In this document: one piece after another, positions 49,101 through 61,254 of the stretch
How the letters are laid out: each line of letters opens with the position of its first letter
Position numbering within the stretch: the first letter of the stretch is position 1
Assembly: GCF_000150275.1 (NCBI RefSeq)
Contig: NW_002060947.1
Location: 7,425,880 to 7,489,879, forward strand
Direction: 5' to 3'
Source: Trichoplax adhaerens
Lineage: Eukaryota > Animalia > Placozoa
DNA: 64,000 nucleotides
Notes under the pieces: generated by a model
Told to the model about the DNA's origin: nothing
The model's input: only the letters and a program-made list of their open reading frames with translations
Databases searched by the model: none
Made by a program: the position numbers and the translations under genes

Positions 49101-50729
49101 ATCCAATGCTCCTATAATTTCAATATTTCGGAGGAAACTAATTAGCCTTTTAACCAACAACATGCAAGTATAATAAATTAATAATGCTGTAGTGGGCATA
49201 TCACTCGAACTAGAACGATTACATATTAGCAATCTAGAATATACTCGTACATACGTGTAGCAGATATTATATATGTTTAGTAGCTTAAGTGAAACGATGA
49301 AAATGATTGCTATTTCTTGAAAAAGTGCGAGAAAGTCTTCAATTTTAAACTGTTTGATATAGTCTAAAGAAATAGACAGGCATGTAATAAAATTGTATAA
49401 GCTTACAATCCAAGTAACTTACAAGATAAACCGGGACAACATCCGTATGGCTATTAAGTAATAAGGAGCCAAGCGTAGGATCTGTTCCTTCCCATGTTAT
49501 AAGAACGACAGGCCTGTTTGGGAGGACCTGCACATTCGTCAAACATTAGCATAAAACACTTGACATCCCAAAAGTAGAATTTTTAAGTCTACCAGATCAA
49601 TGTTGCTAACTAAATAGCCTACCTCGATTACTCTCATAGGCAGATCTATCTCTGCTGCCAGTCGTTGCAGTAGTTTAGTGCAAGCATCTGTGATTGCAAA
49701 ATATAAACTTAGGTAGTTAACACTGCTTTACCGTAATTTGTAGCAATGAAGATCTATGTTTGTACAGTAGCACCGTTAACGAAGATACTTTCCAAGGCAG
49801 TATCTGCATTGTACTACACAAGCGATCTTACAGAATAAGAAAAACGACACTCGTTAATAAGCAATCAACACTCTTTCCCAAGTCTTGTAATGGAGTTAAC
49901 ACTGCTTTACCGTAATTTGTAGCAATGAAGATCATCTATGTTTGTACAGTAGCACTGTTAACGAAGATACTTTGAAGGCAGTATCTGCATTGTACTACAC
50001 AAGCGATCTTCCAGAACTAGAAACATGACACTCGTTAATAAGCAATCAATACTCTTTCCTAAGTCTGGTAATGGAGTACATGACAAGAATCTGATAAGGG
50101 AATGGATGTTTCGCTCCTCAGGCACATGCCATGGGTACATACAAGCATTACCGGCAATCTTAATATGTTTTTACTGGGTTTAATAGTATCTCGGAACAAA
50201 AAAAGGGCAAGAAAATGACTGTACAAAGAGTTCTAATCATCCATCATTGGCAACTTTAGATTTGCATGGCCTGTAAACAAAACTGTGACACGCGTACGTA
50301 GATGTTTAGTAAGAGCAACAACTTATTGGATCATCGAAACTGGTTGCTATTGATACACTATAATTCATCAATTCTATTCGTATGGAAATCAGTTCGATTG
50401 GCATCGATCACCATCCTGTGTGCTCTAAGATGTTGGAAATGACGAAATGATATTCATCTCTGCTTCTTACTGATTAACGATTGCATTATTGGTCAGTAAA
50501 AACTAGCCATAAGAAACATGCTTTGCTTGTCTAGGCGAATGCAACAAAGTTCGATTCTGTTGCTTTCATGCCGTCCCCTTTACATTCTATCATGGAATAA
50601 ATAGAATCTGAAGAAGGATTGGATCTTGAACTGTTTTATACATCATTTACCATAGTCAGCTTCGGATGAAATCGTATTGATTCTCAGATATTCGCGAAAG
50701 ACAGTCACTGCAGGATGTTCTTCAGCCAT
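46163..50729 (-). CDS. ACY1: Aminoacylase-1 (M20A peptidase family)
   Basis: About 16 exons. Motifs: [120 protein letters not shown]. Stop TAA at 46165-46163. Confidence 0.95.
49716..50076. repeat. Tandem duplication, 2 x ~180 bp, in ACY1 intron 1
   Basis: gttaacactgctttaccgtaatttgtagcaatgaagatc... starts near 49716 and 49895. Confidence 0.9.
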
Positions 50730-51454
50730 GTCTTCCCTCTTGCCACGAGTGGAAAATCGTCATCTACTATAATAAGTTTATGACGCAGTACAAGTACTGT
50801 ACGAGGTAGTGTATATATGCCCGCAGTATTTGTGACGAAAGAGAGGTGTGGCCCACAAAATGGCCTCCATCATTCTTTATTTACTTACTGTTACTGCAAT
50901 TTCTAAATTTATTGAATCGTGCTATATCTTTTATTCGATATATAACTCTCTCTATATGGCATATACATATATAGAGATATACAACTTTTAATTATTTTAC
51001 TGGCCAATGGACTGTACTCATTTTGGACATTTGAATTAGGACTTGGAAGAGAAATTAAAAAGTCCCTATGATTGGAACGGCTTATCCACTTGATGGAATC
51101 TGCGATTTCTTTTCCTTTACTGTATGGCGTTGTCTGTTTTTATTAACTAGGTTGTACTACGGTGAATACTCGACTATTCGTCCATTGCATTCACTTGCGA
51201 CCTCATTACACCGTCGACTTTCGTCCTATTGGATGCTGGACACTGTGCTGTAATCGATGTCAGCTTCAATTGATGGAGAGATGGGAAATGCAAGAGAGAA
51301 TGAATTGATTGGAAATATCATCGCAATCCTTTACCAGGAGATAGCCAAACATGCAGAAAGATAGCAATAGAACTGAATTTTGCATGCAGCTTGATTAACC
51401 TTTCTAATTAGTGATGCATGGCAGATATCTTGCATGATATTACCTTACTATACT

Positions 51455-52598
51455 GTATGACTATACCGACCAATGTTGCATCATGTAGCCATTCAACGAT
51501 ATCCGAGTTTATTTACATTTCTTTTTTTTTTATTTTTATCTCGTCTCTACCGCCTAATGTGCAAGTAAGAAGAGAATTGCGTCTAGCTCAGCTCAACCTA
51601 AACCTTACCAGACTATCACAGATTTCTCGATCGGAGGACTGCTACTATATGACCATACCGACCAATGTTGCATCACGTAGCCATTCAACGATATCCGAGT
51701 TTCATTTACATTTCTAATTTTTATTTTTACCTCGTCTCTACCGCCTAATGTGCAAGTAAGAAGAGAATTGCGTCTAGCTCAGCTCAACCTAAACCTTACT
51801 AGACTATCACAGATTTCTCGATCGGAGGGCCGCTACTATATGACCATACCGACCAATGTTGCATCATGTAGCCATTCAACGATATCCGAGTTTATTTACA
51901 TTTCTTTTTTTTTTATTTTTATCTCGTCTCTACCGCCTAATGTGCAAGTAAGAAGAGAATTGCGTCTAGCTCAGCTCAACCTAAACCTTACCAGACTATC
52001 ACAGATTTCTCGATCGGAGGACTGCTACTATATGACCATACCGACCAATGTTGCATCACGTAGCCATTCAACGATATCCGAGTTTCATTTACATTTCTAA
52101 TTTTTATTTTTACCTCGTCTCTACCGCCTAATGTGCAAGTAAGAAGAGAATTGCGTCTAGCTCAGCTCAACCTTAACCTTACTAGACTATCACAAATTTC
52201 TCGATCGGAGGACCGCTACTATATGACCATACCGACCAATGTTGCATCACGTAGCCATTCAACGATATCCGAGTTTCATTTACATTTCTAATTTTTATTT
52301 TTACCTCGTCTCTACCGCCTAAAGTGCAAGTAAGAAGAGAATTGCGTCTAGCTCAGCTCAACCTAAACCTTACTAGACTATCACAGATTTCTCGATCGGA
52401 GGGCCGCTACTATATGACCATACCGACCAATGTTGCATCAAGTAGCCATTCAACGATATCCGAGTTTCATTTACATTTCTAATTTTTATTTTTACCTCGT
52501 CTCTACCGCCTAAAGTGCAAGTAAGAAGAGAATTGCGTCTAGCTCAGCTCAACCTTAACCTTACTAGACTATCACAAATTTCTCGATCGGAGGACCGA
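51455..52598. repeat. Young tandem array, 6 x 191-192 bp, between the ACY1 and HDAC 5' ends
   Basis: The marker gac(c/t)ataccgaccaatg occurs at 51459, 51651, 51842, 52034, 52225 and 52416; copies are nearly identical. Confidence 0.95.
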
Positions 52599-53306
52599 GA
52601 AGTCTATTGTACTGTACACTGTAAGCTACAGTACTTTGGGTCGCGTAAGGCACTGTACTATACTGTACTGTAAGAGTAACAGTACCAGACTGCACAGTAC
52701 AAGAAGTCCAAGGTACTGTAGACCTACTGGAGTGTGGACCAGAACGTCAACTGCCGTGACAAATTCAAAATCAAGACGTTTCTCTTTTTCTGCAGTTTTT
52801 GCGCGGCCAGCAACAACATCAAGGTAGGCAAAATTAAGAGTTAGCATTCTATCTTAGTAGAGTACTGATGATGTCGATCATGATGAGTCCAATCGGATGA
52901 TAACGATGATCATCATGGCGATGATGCTGTTATCGCTTATGGAAGAGATCAAAACAAAGGATTGCTACTGCTGGAAACAGAATGTGTAAACTACCATCGT
53001 CCACTTTCGTTATTGTTAATGGTGTTAACCGCTTAGTTGCTAGTCAATAGTAGAGAAATCCCAGTAAATAGATCATGCTAATGATCGATTCATAACATTA
53101 TCAATGAGTAAGCTGAAAATGAGCACAGATATTGCAACTTATGCTAGAATAAAACTTGAACTATCGGTATGAAATCAATTTATCCCTTTATGGCATACCT
53201 TGATAGCCCAGGTTGAAGCTGTACAGAAATACTGGCGTAACGATCCTCGTCTTCGTCTAAACAATAATGCAGTATTCATTTTATGCCATCTAGGTTAAGG
53301 ACAACC

Positions 53307-56300
53307 ATGTCTGCTGAAGAAATTATCAATCAACTGCAAAATTTGGTAAGGAATAAAAATCAATCAGGCTAGAATGCAATGCCAATGGATTGTTAATGCA
53401 AAGTTAACCTGAATAAGAGTATTGGAGACAAAATAATTGAGCTATAGCGCAAATAAAAGAATGCATCATCAATTGATACTGTACGTCAATGCATGTAGAC
53501 GAGTAGATATTAAGGAAGAAAAAGGATTAACTTCAACAGTTGTAGTCTGCATCCAAAGGACAACGTCATAATCCTATGGTGTAGGCAGGACCTATAATGA
53601 AATAGAGTTGCTATTTTGATAATCTTTTACTTTCAGTAAGGGTAACGTAGAAATACCTTCTCTTTTCTACTAGTCCTAACTTGATTGTTGCCATGCCTCA
53701 AGTTGATCAAAGCTCCATGAGCAATGGTGTAAAACTACAATTTTTTATTTTCTTATTAGACTGTAGAAGATAGCAAATTCGACCTTGCAGATGGCCACGG
53801 ATTTAGGTACAATAAATAGGAGCAAGCTTGAATGATTTGGTTACGCATAGTTAGCGTAGTTCTTTACCTTCTAACAAATAAAGTCATCATTTCCTAGTTT
53901 GAAATAAAAAATTAGATCATTATGAGTGTAAAATGCGACTATTTTTTCCTGGCTTGATGTGAAAGCAGATAGATTTAAGGTAATAAGCTAGATCTTACTT
54001 AGGGAAGTACATTTCTATTTAAACCAACAGTACGTGTTATGTCTACGATAAAGATATGAAGAAACATCAAAATCTTTATGATAGGTAAGTTGATAAGGAT
54101 GTCTAAAGAAAGGGCTTAACCAACAAAATTTTGATATTGTAGCTTGCAAAATGTAGTTTGTAGACCAGTCAGCATATTGATATCATGATGAAGTGTGACT
54201 GATGTTCATGGCATACAAAAACAGATAACACAATTCGACTTGCTGCAATGAAGATCTTTGTTTAGCATACAAATCAATCGAAAATTTGAAAGTGAGTGAC
54301 TTCTTTATACTGTATATTGTATTGTAGAAGCCATCCAGAAGTGCCAGATAGAATATCTCGTATTTACGATAAATGTCAAGAATATGAATTATTAAAAAAG
54401 TGTAAACGATTACCGGTAAGTTGTTTTGTAAACGAACGACAATACTTCCTTCCTAACCTAAAGTAACCTAGCTAAAATTAGAGCATATCTTCCTAAAATG
54501 GATATGTACCGTAACATGCACCTTATAATAAATCATTATAGTATGATAATCATATCCACTTATATTAATTTAGTCTAGGGTAGCGACTGATGAGGAACTC
54601 TTAATAATGCATAGGTAAGATTGCGTATTTCGTACATTTAACTAAAAGATTCTTCGGTATGCACAATTTATTACTAAGGCTTTGTCATTTATTTTGTCAT
54701 TGTAGTCAAAATCTAATTGATACATTAAGAGCCACTCAGACTATGAAAAGTAGAGATCTTTCCAAATACGCCGATTCTTTAGATTCTATATACTTACATC
54801 CGGTATAAAATAATAAATGCTCATAACTGTACCAGAAAAATGATTATCATAAATGTATCATTTCCGTTGCTATTAGTTAGATTTATGTTCTATTTTACAT
54901 TGTTTCAGAGCTCTTTTGAATGCGCTAAATTGGCTGCAGGATGTACGTTAGCAGTCATAGAGGAAGTAGCTAGTGGAAAAGTGAGTCGAAACTGATCTTT
55001 GCTTTTATTGACGTACTAATCGATGCAATTGATTATAAAATAATTTAAAATTTCTTCCTTAACCTTAAACCAGTCATTGAATGGAATAGGAATTGTGCGG
55101 TAACTTTTAAGATAATAAATATTAATTTACGATCTATTTCTCTTGCAAAATCCTATTTAATATATATAAGGATTGAGTTAAAATGAATATCTGAGTGAAT
55201 TTTACTTTATCAACTAGGCCTCCAGGGCACCACGGATTTCATGATATTTGCTCTGGTTTCTGTCTCTTTAACAATGTAGCAATTGCTGCTAAAAAAGTTC
55301 AATCTTATCCAAATATTGATAGGTCAGTAAACTACTCATTATCTTTCGCGTGATTACGAAAAGAAAGATTTTAGCATCTACGTTGTATTTGTATAGCTTA
55401 GCTCAGATAGAAACTACATGTTGTAGTGAACCCCTTGTTATGGTTATTGCAATTAATAATTTACTTTGCACTGGTGAATACATAGAATTCTAATTGTTGA
55501 TTGGGATGTACATCACGGAAATGGCACACAATCATTATTTTATAAAGATCCTAGGTATGCAATTTGCTACTTTATTTGTAAGTGTATTATGCCAATTATA
55601 AGGGACCTCATTTTAATTAAAACAGCGTCCTTTACTATTCCATTCATCGCTACGATCACGCTGAATTTTATCCTTTCATGGAAGATGCAAATTATGATAG
55701 AGCTGGGGAGGAGGCAGGCGAAGGATTTAATATTAATGTTGCATGGAATAAGGTATCTAATACTAGATATTTGTTCGTGTTAGTGTCTTTTTGACGTCCC
55801 AGTTTATAAAAGCTTAGCATGTAACTTGTACCTTCATATTATCTATAGCCGAAAATGGGTGATGGCGACTATTTAGCTGCATTTCATCATATCCTGTTAC
55901 CCGTGGCATATGAAGTAGGATACGAGCATTCGTTCTCGATTAGCTTTAACATGAATGCGATTAACGTAATATTGACTAAGATTTTTTCTCCCTAATTTTA
56001 TTACAGTTCAATCCAGATCTAGTTATTGTATCGGCTGGATTTGATTCGGCACGAGGAGATCCCAAGGTAACCTTAACAATGATGGAAAAGGAGTTTAAGA
56101 TGTTATGCTTTAAAAGATCGCTTATTGTTTGATGATGCTTACCGTGAGAAAATGATTAGAGATCTTGAAAATTCACCTTTATTTAGGGCCTATGTAATGT
56201 CACTCCGGAAGGGTTCGCACATTTAACGAAACTATTGATGAATCTTGCCAATGGTCGCTTGGCATTAATACTAGAGGTTATCTCAAAATTGTCATCATAA

Positions 56301-57000
56301 TACAGCTCGATCCCAATTGCTGGTTTAGCCATTTTACGAGTGTATATGTTATATATACATATTCATCATTCTAAGAATTGACGGTTTTGCAATTCTGCAG
56401 GGTGGATACAATCTCACTTCTAATGCAGAATCAATGGCTGCGTGTTTACGAGTACTACTTGGAGAGTCATGCCCGCCGTTAGAAGAGGCTGCTATTCCAT
56501 GCCAAAGGTGCAGTACAGTACTGAATTGCTTAGTAGATTATGGGTACCTTCATACTATACTGTACATATTCATGAATAATCCCCAACGATAACCGCTAGT
56601 TTTAGTCAATAATAGATAATGTATCTCGTTACTTGTAGTGCCCTCGAATCGATCAGTAATACGCTAAAGACTCACTCCAAATACTGGAAGTCACTGAGAT
56701 TACCAGGTAATAAATTATAGTACGGTGATATACTGCACGTAATACTGGCATCTCTCTCATACTAATCTTGAGCGTATCTCTTTCATGAAAGCTTTCACGA
56801 CTGACGATACTCAAAAACGAGAAAGCGAGACTGAAAAAATGAAACCAGCAGAAAAAAGACCAACGACTAGTTCAGACACTCAAAAACGAGAAAGCGAGAC
56901 TGAAAAAATGAAACCAGTAGAAAAAAGACCAACGACTAGTTCAAAAAAAAAGAACAAAGCTCGTGTGCAACACAAGGAAGCGACTGATGAACCAACGTAA
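53307..57000 (+). CDS. Class IIb (HDAC6/10-like) deacetylase with one catalytic domain and a charged repeat tail
   Basis: About 17 coding exons: [13 protein letters not shown].., [98 protein letters not shown] probable non-coding first exon ends at ~52823. Confidence 0.92.
56806..56943 (+). repeat. In-frame 69-bp tandem duplication in the last HDAC exon
   Basis: [14 protein letters not shown](A/V)EKRPTTSS occurs twice. Confidence 0.9.
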
Positions 57001-57503
57001 GCAATGTTGCATCGCACTCACTGAAATGATGTCATCATATCATCCTACTGCATTAGCACTGGTAGAGGTTTACTAACAAGAAGAGTTTGTTAAAATGACC
57101 AGGATATACAGTACTATTACCTGTAATTGATGATGATTTACACTATATGTATTGATATAATTACACTAAATATGATTTCAAATTGCAATATATTTTGTAC
57201 ATTTTAAGGCTATTGCTATGAATATTCGATTCTTCAATAGATTTACCCTAAAACTTGCCATTTTATTACAAGTATGAAATCATCTGTAATATCAGTTTTC
57301 AGATGACAGTTGATGATTATTGTCTAGCTTAAATTACAAACTAGCGGGCAATTTAATGATTTTCTGCCTCATTTTCAATTTCATGCCTTATGTAATAAAG
57401 CATACTCTAATTTTTTATTCTAGTAAATACCCGCTATTTTATGTAAGCGGCAACTGTAGTTTATGACAATAGTTAGCACATTGATGGCTGTGTAATATTC
57501 GGG

Positions 57504-60500
57504 CTATTGATCCATTGATGTAATTAAGTTAATCCTAAATATTAATGATTTTGGCGTTGTTTTATCAACAACCCCTATTTCCTGTTGCTGCGTTAATCCT
57601 AATTCTAATAAAATATTTTGAAAAAAGTCAACTATGAAGTTGCAAGAAATTCATAATCATCTATTATAATTCCAATACTTTCGTTCGCTTACGTACCCGA
57701 TAACGTTAAATTTAGGTTCGGCTTTGTCTTTTCCTCAATTGCTGGAATATTCTGAAGTTTAAGTGAATAAGCAGCATAAATCAATGATCAATTATAGTAT
57801 CTAGTCTACCGAAAGAGTGGATCGTATCATACCGATAAGTAAAGAGTTTTGTTTCGTCCATTGACTACCGCTGTTATCCCAGGCGATTTCATTTGCCTAA
57901 ACAAATCATGAGACTCATAAGCAAAATGCTTACAAAAGCAATGTTGTAGCATTAATAGCTACAATGATCAATTTCATGCGAACTTACAAATGAGGACTTT
58001 CTTTTAAGTAGTTTATTACATCCTTCAGTTTATCATTTTCATGAAAAGATAGTGTCTGAGGTTTCAAGCTACAAGCGACACAATCGTCCTAAAGAATAGT
58101 AAAAGTATATATTAAATAAATTTTCAACTGTTCGTTAGTTTGACTTGAAATATAATTATCATCACATAAAACTTGTGGGCATTATTTGATGTATTCAAGT
58201 AATAGCGTAGCAACATGTAATATATTGTACGTGAGCACATTCAAGTTACCCGCTTTTCGGCCTCAAAGGTGTAAGTATACATTCCTTCAGTATCATTATA
58301 TACCATATAATTTGATAGCATTCCTGAACAACTGCATTATATCGGACAAAAATTAATTTACACTTTACATGTCGAAAGAAATAGTCAAGGGATAATTCTA
58401 GATGTAATCACATAACTAATTCACTTACCTGGTAGCAAGCTTAAATACTTCATTGGCGCAAGCGGCTAAACGTACGCGTATATTAATGATATTTAAATAG
58501 TTAGTCCAGGCCGATTGCATTACATAAAAGAATAAAATCAATATTTCAGTCGTAAGCCTTATCATGTAAACATTGGGTAGATAATACTCACCAGCAATGG
58601 TAGCGTTTGTAGATGCAACAGCAGGGATAATTCTCTTTACCACACCTACATTACATTACATGCTATTTAATTCATTAACAGACGGCTAACATCATCTTAT
58701 GGTACTATGATACTAACCTTGGGTCAATCTATATGTAATTCCTTTAATATTATATTTTTCAGCCCTATCTATAGCCTTATCCATAATCCACTGTATATGA
58801 CTTGGATCATCTCCATCAACACCAGTATCGTCTTACCGATCAAGAAGATTGAAGATGGAAATCTTAAACCTGAATAATACTGGTTATGCAGTAGCACTAT
58901 GATTAGAAGTACTTACCACCAAATGGCTTCTCTTGTGGCCACAGTAAGATTCGAACATATTCTATGCAATGTTCTGGTAGCCTAGGTGTATGAGCTATTG
59001 TACATAATGGAAAGTTGACCTAAAATAAAGTTTGAACAGCAAGATAGCTTGAAATACCTTTCAATCACTCCATATAATTTACAGCAGATAATGGTGTGAA
59101 AACGATAACTCACCGAAAAGAGTAATTTTAATATATTTATTATATTAACATACCTGAGGAGGAAATAGGTCTACTGTACATTCTAGACATGCTGTAATTC
59201 CTGGTAATATCACGCGAGCGTTGCCTTTAAATCCTATAGAAGGTGAATTTTAAAACATATAAGATATGTACTATTGAACGTAGCGATTAGCAATAAAAAG
59301 CGTAACCTTCAGTTCCACCGTCAACAAAAGGAACAACAGATGTTGGAATTACAGCACCAGATTCGTCGTATTCAAGTAAACTAAGCTATACAGTGATTGT
59401 ATTCATAAATTAGTGAAAGTAGCATCTTCCTTAGAAAAGATCAACTATGTAATAATTGCTTTAAAAAATTACGATAAAAATTATAGAAAGTATTATATCC
59501 TTTCACTAACAAGCATGCCATTAATCCATCGTCTAGCAATAACAGAGTCCAAGCCACTGACAACGATACTATATTCTACATTGATAATAATACGTATTTG
59601 ATTAACAAAATTCAGTAGTGTCAATTTGATATCATTTACAGGTTCGAATCGATTTTCTATCATATCTTTAAGTTATGCAGACACACTTTTATAGAATGAT
59701 TCGTCATAGTCCTCAATTCTAGCATAATATCTAAATATAAGATGTTTTTGTTAAGGACAGAATTCATTTTTATAATTTCGTTAAAAATATCGGGACAAAG
59801 CTGCTCTTCATCATAGAAGAAGTTATTCTCTAATCAATAATCTTGGATTGCTATAGGATACGGCTGCACTTTACAAGCATGGATACGACGATTTACAAAT
59901 TCTGCAGCTACTTCAGCTTTTGGTCTGCCAACGTCTTTAGGCCTATTTAAAGGACATATTTTAATTTCCATGTTTGATAATGTCTTCTATTAATAATCTA
60001 TACACTTGTATATGCCATATCAGTAATAAAATGTAGCTAAAGAATCATTTTTGATATTAGTGTTATGGATTAAATTCATAGCTTGGGCTAAGACATGCAT
60101 GCATGCGATAACAGGATACGTAATGAGTCTGCTTTTATAACAGAGAATACAGACCCTAAGACAAGAATTATAAGACTTTCTTACCTATATAAAAATTGTC
60201 TATTGAGATTAGAAACATCAATTGTGTCCATATCAATCACGTCGATGTTTCTAAAGCCGGTTAATGCCTAGAAGATATCAAATGGTGAATATAAAGGAGA
60301 AATAACATGGTAAGGTGGACGTAGTATTGCAATAATAGACGATTTAAACTGTCCATTGTTCTATAACATGCAATGAACTATTCTATATCAAACGATCCAT
60401 TAATATCGATTCTTAGGAAGTATTACTATCCCATTATTGGTAGTAATCAATGTTATATCATATAAGATAGAGCGAGAGCAAATGAAAAGTCCTCGGCTAA

Positions 60501-61254
60501 ACCACATCGACTAACTACAGTACGTATAAAATCCTAAAGATATTTAAACAGTATTGTGTAACGTACCAAATCCTTCAACAATTCGCATCCTAGTCCACCA
60601 GCACCAATAACGAGAATTTTACAATTATCGAGTATAAAAGGCAAAATCTTGCCAATTAAAAACGAATACAATCAAAGATTTCTTAAGATACATGGAATCA
60701 AAATATTGCAAATTACGTCAATATCCACATCGCTTTTGGAAGGATAGTCTACACGTATCAGTGCATGATAGAATAGAATATTTACATCTAAAGTATAAAT
60801 CTCTAACTTCTGAATATTTTAGATGATTAGGATAGATAGTCCTTATACGCCGTGATTAATATGATTAAAATAAAGAGAATTAAAGCTATTGCAAGATATA
60901 CGAATGCAATCTGAATATCGCAAAGAATAATCAACCTCTCTCGAAGGACTAATCTGTACCCTATCAGTCTATGCTACAGTACAGTATAACATCAACATCA
61001 ACAGTATAAATCTCTATTTTCTGAATAGCACTGATGGTTACAATCAAATGATTGTAAAGTGTAGGTTATTTCTATCCTTCATTCACTCCATATAGTATAA
61101 ACACAGGAAAATAGTCGATGATAAAACTGTAAGATACCTCCGGATTGGGTACAAAATCGGGTCTTGCGAATGGCCCACCTCTAGTAATCAATTTCAAGAT
61201 ATGATTCCATCGACCAGGCCAATCCGCTGAATCATCGATCATAGAGTTGGACAT
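57504..61254 (-). CDS. UBA3: NEDD8-activating enzyme E1 catalytic subunit
   Basis: [72 protein letters not shown], active-site [41 protein letters not shown]. Stop TAG at 57506-57504. Confidence 0.96.
59731..59861 (-). other. U12-type (minor spliceosome) GT-AG intron in UBA3
   Basis: The 5' splice site is GTATCCTA and the branch box TCCTTAAC lies at 59757-59750, about 20 nt before the AG. The flanking exons join in frame ([12 protein letters not shown]). Confidence 0.8.

Noticed and set aside
51418-52100. Plus-strand ORFs of 99 and 116 aa
   Set aside because: They are by-products of the 191-bp tandem repeat, with no recognisable domain, and frames differ between units.
52626-52847. ORFs on both strands upstream of HDAC
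   Set aside because: The region is better explained as the HDAC promoter and non-coding first exon (donor at ~52824); no protein motif is evident.
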